Positions 57,440-64,000 of a stretch of DNA of 64,000 nucleotides are shown piece by piece. A program made the translations under genes and the position numbers. Numbering within the stretch: position 1 is the first letter of the stretch; each line of letters opens with the position of its first letter. The DNA comes from Macrostomum hystrix (taxonomy: Eukaryota > Animalia > Platyhelminthes): assembly GCA_950097015.1 (NCBI GenBank), contig CATNEN010000041.1, positions 124,001 through 188,000 on the forward strand, in the 5' to 3' direction. The notes beneath the pieces are model-generated. The model was not told the DNA's origin. It ran no database searches and saw only the letters and a program-made list of their open reading frames with translations.

Positions 57440-59906
57440 ATGTCCCGCCGCGTCACGCAGAAGCTGCCGGGCATCGAGCAGGACGAGGGCGTCGGCGCCC
57501 GCGTGCGCCGCAGCATCGGCCGGCCGGAGGCACCCCGCCTCGACCCGTTCCTCCTGCTGGACGAGTTCCGCGGCTCCGCGCCAGCCGGCTTCCCCGACCA
57601 TCCGCACCGCGGCTTCGAGACCGTCACCTACGTGCTGGAGGGCGCCGTGCGTCACGAAGATTTCCTTGGCAACGCAGGCGTCATCGGGCCAGGCGACCTG
57701 CAGTGGATGACGGCCGGCAGGGGCATTCTGCACTGCGAGATGCCGCACGGCCAGGCCGAGTGCCGCGGCCTCCAGCTCTGGGTCAACCTGCCACGCGCCG
57801 ACAAGATGTGCGAGCCCGCCTACCAGGTGAGCTGCTCACCTGCCCCTCAGCTGCTCACCTGCCCCTCAGCTGCTCACCCGCCCCTCAGCTGCTCACCTGC
57901 CCCTCAGCTGCTCACCTGCTCCTCTGCTGCTCACCTGCCCCTCTGCTGCTCACCTGCCCCTCAGCTGCTCACCTGCCCTCTGCTGGTCACCTGCCCCTCA
58001 GCTGCTCACCTGCCCCTCAGCTGCTCACCTGCTCCTCTGCTGCTCACCTGCCCCTCTGCTGCTCACCTGCCCCTCAGCTGCTCACCTGCCCCTCTGCTGG
58101 TCACCTGCCCCTCTGCTGCTCACCTGCCCCTCTGCTGCTCACCTGCCCCTCTGCTGCTCACCTGCCCCTCTGCTGCTCACCTGCCCCTCTGCTGGTCACC
58201 TGCCCCTCTGCTGCTCACCTGCCCCTCAGCTGCTCACCTGCCCCTCTGCTGGTCACCTGCCCCTCTGCTGCTCACCTGCCCCTCTGCTGCTCACCTGCCC
58301 CTCAGCTGCTCACCTGCCCCTCTGCTGGTCACCTGCCCCTCTGCTGGTCACCTGCCCCTCTGCTGCTCACCTGCCCCTCTGCTGGTCACCTGCCCCTCTG
58401 CTGCTCACCTGCCCCTCAGCTGCTCACCTGCCCCTCTGCTGCTCACCTGCCCCTCAGCTGCTCACCTGCCCCTCAGCTGCTCACCTGCTCCTCTGCTGCT
58501 CACCTGCCCCTCTGCTGCTCACCTGCCCCTCAGCTGCTCACCTGCCCCTCTGCTGGTCACCTGCCCCTCAGCTGCTCACCTGCCCCTCAGCTGCTCACCT
58601 GCTCCTCTGCTGCTCACCTGCCCCTCTGCTGCTCACCTGCCCCTCAGCTGCTCACCTGCCCCTCTGCTGCTCACCTGCCCCTCAGCTGCTCACCTGCCCC
58701 TGCTGCTGCTGATTTTATGAGGGTTTCAGGCAATGACATATCGTTATCGGTAACACTAGACCTCCAGCCAGCGAGGAGTCAATTCTGCCCCTTTCGCTGA
58801 CTCCTGAGCACACACGCACACAGATGTGTACATCTGCCCTGACTTCTCTTCTTCAGGCAGTGTACACTTTCACTGTGCCTTGGAGGTTGGCCCTCAAGGG
58901 CGTAAATTAGACGACAAGCCCCCAAGCCATGTCTCGGCGGCTGCGCCCTAATTTATGTGGCTTCGCCGCGTAATCGAGTTCAGGGACATTGGTGCGAGAG
59001 GCAAACGCGTTAACCGCTCTGCCACCCACCCCCTCTCAGCTTCCTTTCCTCTGCGCTGACCTGGCATTCTCTTTAAGACTCCCATACCGCACCATATTGA
59101 CAGGACCTTCGCGCAGCGGACATTCCAAATGTCAGCCGAGGCGGAGTCTCAGTCCGCGTCATCGCTGGTGAATCCCTTGGCGCCAAGTCGCCCGTGTTCA
59201 CGCGCACTCCGACCATCTACCTGGATGTGACTGTGCAGCCAGGTGAGACGGAGCACTTGCGATTCAAACATGCTACTTGGGCTCTCTTGGGCAGTAGGCT
59301 GGTAGAAATGCAACCGCTATATTTTAGAGGGGGTAAAGATTGAAATTCGGATAATTCAACAGATTGAAATGGATGCAATTGTGGCAAGATATTGCTGGCT
59401 CAGAAATAGTTAAGGAGCATTAAGAAGTTAAGGAGTTAGGGAAAATTGTCTAGTGTATAGAGTTGGGGCTAGATTGGGATACCTTATCGCAGTATCATTC
59501 AGTGTTGAGGATATTGTATAGAATTCGCCATTCCTAATCCTTAGGCGCCGAGGATTTCACTCAGCCGCTGCCACCAGCCTGGAACGCCTTCGTGTTCGTG
59601 CTCAGCGGCCGCGCTGAGTTCGGCACCGCCGGGGCCTCGGTGGTCGGCGAAGCGCACGAGACGCTGCTGCTGGACCAGTCTGGCCCGGCCCTCCGCGTGG
59701 CGGCCGTCAAGGGCGCCGCCGCCCCCTGCCGCTTCGTGCTGATCGCCGGCCGGCCACTCGGAGAGCCGGTGGAGCAGTGGGGCCCCTTCGTGATGTGCAG
59801 CCGGGCCGAGCTGCAGCAGGCCAGGGAGGACTACAGGAACGGCCGCAACGGCTTCGAGCGGGCGCCCGGCTGGGCCTCCTTCGTGGTGCGGGAGCGGACG
59901 GACTGA
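57440..59906 (+). CDS. PIR: Pirin (bicupin Fe-binding protein); exons 57440-57826, 59104-59242, 59545-59906
   Basis: LDPFLLLDEF, GFPDHPHRGFETVTY, DLQWMTAGRGILHCEMP, LQLWVNLP, VRVIAGE, FVLIAGRPLGEPVEQWGPFVM; introns in phase. Confidence 0.95.
57827..58705. repeat. 19-bp minisatellite, about 46 copies, starting at the pirin intron 1 donor
   Basis: Unit ctg(c)tcacctgcccctc(a/t)g. Confidence 0.96.
58785..59032 (-). mobile_element. SINE family B, copy in pirin intron 1
   Basis: Reverse complement begins ggggtgggtggcagagcggttaacgcgtttgcctctcgcacc..gaactcgattacgc; colinear with 16612-16873. Confidence 0.75.
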
Positions 59907-60269
59907 CACTGAAGGCATGCGGACTGATGACCCAGTGTTTGCGGGGCAAAGGATTTCAACTTTGCCAATCTCATTCCAAACTTGTATTTTAACACTGTTT
60001 CGTAGTTTTTCATTAGTTGTACTTATTACTCAGTAGCCGATCATGGCTTGTTCGCCACTCATCTGTTATTTAATATCGTTTGCGCGATGTTGCACGACTC
60101 TCCTCTCGCTTTCTTGAAATCAATTTTTACGAGGCTGTGAGACTGCGCTTGTGCCGGCTGCAGCGAGTCCGGATTCGCAGGAAATTTCCATGTCTTGAGG
60201 GAGCATTCGAGCATTTGCGTAGCATTGGCTTCTTTTCAACGCACAGTCATAAATTGATTATTTTCAGCA

Positions 60270-60470
60270 TGACATGACAGCCACTCCGCACACCCCAACG
60301 TACACCCCTGCCCACATACCTCACACACAATGTACACCCGCTTACCGCAGACCTCACACACAATGTACACTCCCTCACAATAGACCCTACACACAATGTA
60401 CACTCCTTCACCACAGACCTCACACCCAATGTACACTCCTTCATCACATACCTCACACCCAATGTACACC
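60270..60470. repeat. Degenerate minisatellite of about 31 bp between pirin and GNPNAT1
   Basis: Recurrent cacac(a/c)caatgtacac units. Confidence 0.75.
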
Positions 60471-60839
60471 GCAGACCCAGAAAGCCCCAGTGTAGCCCGT
60501 CTGATTTGTTACTGGGTTGTGCTATTTCAGACTGCAAAAAGACTTCTTTACACAGAGCTCTGTTCTAAAAAATTCCTGAAATCAAACTTTTTCCTACTAT
60601 GTTTACAGAATGTCTAGTTCGTAATCCTTAGAAACATTATTTTTAATTCCCTTTTCAGTACGTGCGGTTCATGACAAAAAAAAGAAATAAATAATATTTA
60701 TTAGAAATATTTAATAGAAAGAGCTTTTTATGATTTATTATGACGTAAACTATCGACGACTTGCTTGCATTTTTTATTTGAGCTTATTCTGACATTGGTG
60801 CGATCTCAGCGTGACTCAAGATTATCCGCGCTGTTCCAG

Positions 60840-61643
60840 GCGAACACCGCCTCGCAGTCCAACGGCCTGTCGGAGTCCCCGCAGCTGGCAGATCCCGCTG
60901 CGGCTGCCGACGAGGACCAGCCGCTGTTCGACCCGCTGCTGCTGCGGGACCTGCAGCTGGCTGGCCCGGAGTATAGAACACCCGTCAGCACGTGGGCCGC
61001 CATGGGCGACCTGCGGCTCCGGCCGCTCTGCAGCGGCGACTTTGACAGAGGTTCGCGTTGTTGAATTGATCTCCTCATATCTATCCTTTTTGACCCCTAT
61101 CCCCCTAATCCCATCCATTGACTTCCTAACCCCCCCGAAAAATCCCTAATCAACCCCTCATCTCCATCCTTTTCCGCCCTTAATCTCCGCACTAATTCTT
61201 GCCCGCATGATACTTCTAATCCCATCTCCCCCGCAGGCTACATGAGCCTGCTCAGCGAGCTCACGGAGATCGGCGACGTGACCCTGTCGGACTTCGAGCG
61301 CCGCTTCGCCTCGATGCGGGCCTGCCCCGACACCTACTACGTGCTGGTGGTGGAGGACGCCAGCCTCGCCGGCCGGCCGGTTGCCACGGCAACGCTGCTG
61401 CGTGAGCAGAAGTTCATCAGAAGCTGCAGCAGCCGGGGCCACATCGAGGATGTGGCCGTGCTGGAGTCGCACCGGGGCAGGGAGCTCGGCAAGCTGGTGG
61501 TGGACTGCCTGCTGGCTCTGGCCCGCCGGCTGGGCATCTACAAGGTCAGCCTGGACTGCAAGGACGCCGTGGTGCCGTTCTACGAGAAGCTGGGCCTGCA
61601 GCGGTGCAACAATTTCATGATCGTGCGCTTCGCCGAGCGGTGA
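60840..61643 (+). CDS. GNPNAT1: Glucosamine-6-phosphate N-acetyltransferase (GNAT family); exons about 60840-61050 and 61237-61643; start codon unresolved
   Basis: [19 protein letters not shown]|[66 protein letters not shown]. Confidence 0.92.
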
Positions 61644-61718
61644 ACCCGGGCTGGGTGACTGCCGGGCTCCAACGCCTGCGGGCCCCCGCTTTGGGAGAAT
61701 AGAACCCCCTGACCTTCA

Positions 61719-61978
61719 GGAGACCGACAGCTCCATCACCTGCCCTTCAGGAGACTGACAGCTCCATCACCTGCCCTTCAGGAGACTGACAGCTCCATCA
61801 CCTGCCCTTCAGGAGACTGACAGCTCCATCACCTGCCCTTCAGGAGACTGACAGCTCCATCACCTGCCCTTCAGGAGACTGACAGCTCCATCACCTGCCC
61901 TTCGGGAGACTGACAGCTCCATCACCTGCCCTTCAGGAGACTGACAGCTCCATCACCTGCCCTTCGGGAGACTGACTG
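61719..61978. repeat. 31-bp minisatellite, 8 copies, downstream of GNPNAT1
   Basis: Unit ggagactgacagctccatcacctgcccttca. Confidence 0.95.
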
Positions 61979-62289
61979 ACAGCCAAATAAAATTTGGCGA
62001 GTGATATGAGCTACCGGCCTTTTGTTGGTCCCAATAAATTGTCGCTGCCTTCCCGCGGAACCCTTGCTTAGAGTCGTTTTACATTACTTGGTACAAGTTC
62101 CTTGCCTTAGTTCTTTAGTTCTAGCCTAGCAGATCGGTGATTGTAATGGATTGCGACTCACTAGAAGCTGCTGCTGTACGCACTTGCTGCTGTGGGTCTC
62201 ACCTGCTGCTACTAACTGCTCCCACTGTGCCTTCGTTCGCTGCCTCCTCCGAACAGAATCTCAACTCAGCCCTCATGGTTGCTCACATC

Positions 62290-62972
62290 TCCTGCTGGCC
62301 TTCAGCATCCCCTGCTAACCTTCAGCATCCCCTGCTAACCTTCAGCATCCCCCTGCTGGCCTTCAGCATCCCCTGCTGACCTTCAGCATCCCCCTGCTGG
62401 CCTTCAGCATCCCCTGCTGACCTTCAGCATCCCCCTGCCGGCCTTCAGCATCCCCTGCTAACCTTCAGCATCCCCCTGCTGGCCTTCAGCATCCCCTTCT
62501 AACCTTCAGCATCCCCCTGCTGGCCTTCAGCATCCCCTGCTAACCTTCAGCATCCCCCTGCTGGCCTTCAGCATCCCCTGCTAACCTTCAGCATCCCCTG
62601 CTGACCTTCAGCATCCACTGCTGACCTTCAGCATCCCCTGCTAACCTTCAGCATCCCCTGCTGACCTTCAACATCCCCTGCTAACCTTCAGCATCCCACT
62701 GCTGGCCTTCAGCATCCCCTGCTAACCTTCAGCATCCCCCTGCTGGCCTTCAGCATCCCCTGCTAACCTTCAGCATCCACTGCTAACCTTCAGCATCCCC
62801 CTGCTGGCCTTCAGCATCCCCTGCTGACCTTCAGCGTCCCCTGCTGGCCTTCAGCATCCCCTGCTAACCTTCAGCATCCACTGCTGACCTTCAACATCCC
62901 CTGCTGACCTTCAGCATCCCCTGCTGACCTTCAGCATCCCCCTGCTGACTTTCAGCATCCCCTGCTGACCTT
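62290..62972. repeat. 20/21-bp minisatellite
   Basis: Unit ccttcagcatccc(c)ctgct(aa/ga/gg). Confidence 0.95.
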
Positions 62973-63399
62973 CATCCCGCTTCTTCGTTCCTGTCCCTGT
63001 TCCGCCCCTCGAATGTCAGCTTTAAGGCCACAGCCCCATGTCTCACTGAGTTATTTCGCTGCTGCGTGTGTGCGAGCTTCACTCAGTCCACTTTGTTAAA
63101 GGCGTTATGACTTATTTTTACATTAACGCCGCAGTTTCCTAGCAACTGGTAATTTCTATTAATTGGACACAACATTTTATAACATTTGTGCGCACTTCTT
63201 AAAGCGCAACGTGGTTGTTTTCTATTTATGAGCTATATTCAGTTTTCTTGGATGTTTATACTGTTGATACTCAAACCTCTACTATTGTTTTGTTTTATTG
63301 TCGCTGTAGGCACTCAAATACAAACTGGTTCTGGCATTTTACTAACTTAGATTCGCCTCTGATTGCCTTTGTCATTCGTCAATTTTTCAACGAATTTTA

Positions 63400-64000
63400 C
63401 CCACCTGATTCTTCAGCACTGCCTTCCCCACCTGATTCTTCAGCACTGCCTTCCCCACCTGATTCTTCAGCACTGCCTTCCCCACCTGATTCTTCAGTGC
63501 TGCCTTCCCCACCTGATTCTTCAGTGCTGCCTTCCCCACCTGATTCTTCAGCACTGCCTTCCCCACCTGATTCTTCAGCACTGCCTTCCCCACCTGATTC
63601 TTCAGCACTGCCTTCCCCACCTGATTCTTCAGTGCTGCCTTCCCACCTGATTCTTCAGTGCTGCCTTCCCCACCTGATTCTTCAGCACTGCCTTCCTTCC
63701 CCACCTGATTCTTCAGCACTGCCTTCCCCACCTGATTCTTCAGTGCTGCCTTCCCCACCTGATTCTTCAGTGCTGCCTTCCCCACCTGATTCTTCAGCAC
63801 TGCCTTCCCCACCTGATTCTTCAGTGCTGCCTTCCCCACCTGATTCTTCAGGCACTGCCTTCCCCACCTGATTCTTCAGCACTGCCTTCCCCACCTGATT
63901 CTTCAGCACTGCCTTCCCACCTGATTCTTCAGCACTGCCTTTCCCAACCTGATTCTTCAGCACTGCCTTCCCCACCTGATTCTTCAGTGCTGCCTTCCCC
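63400..64000. repeat. 27-bp minisatellite running off the window end
   Basis: Unit ccccacctgattcttcag(ca/tg)ctgcctt. Confidence 0.95.

Noticed and set aside
57440-61643. Bacterial-looking GC-rich pirin and GNAT genes as horizontal transfer or contamination
   Set aside because: Both have phase-consistent GT-AG introns and animal-type motifs, and they share SINEs and minisatellite style with the rest of the window.

Overview
Eukaryotic, intron-containing animal DNA with GC-rich exons, two AT-rich transposon-laden islands (about 12.0-15.9 kb and 34.6-43.9 kb) and introns largely filled with private minisatellites. This architecture suggests a free-living flatworm such as Macrostomum (inference, not verified). 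Thirteen protein-coding genes can be supported: an EF-hand protein, PM20D1, an intronless RING/beta-propeller protein, a coiled-coil CAP-Gly protein, an orphan ORF, two C2H2 zinc-finger genes, an MCCC2-like paralogue, BRAP, XRN1, TMEM19, LIG3, pirin and GNPNAT1 (14 loci counting the orphan). Mobile DNA includes a decayed hAT transposase in XRN1 intron 1, two near-identical hAT MITE copies with 14-bp TIRs and 8-bp TSDs, two tRNA-derived SINE families and several foldback elements. No rRNA, functional tRNA or CRISPR array was found. The most interesting signals are: (1) minisatellites built from, or complementary to, splice signals, including duplicated donors in XRN1 and a donor-sequestering hairpin array in pirin, with a core motif shared by several arrays; (2) a 3' splice site just upstream of most start codons plus tight same-strand gene runs, consistent with SL trans-splicing and operons; (3) GNPNAT1, whose conserved N-terminus lacks an ATG and may use a spliced-leader AUG. 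Exon structures were derived by eye and are untested.
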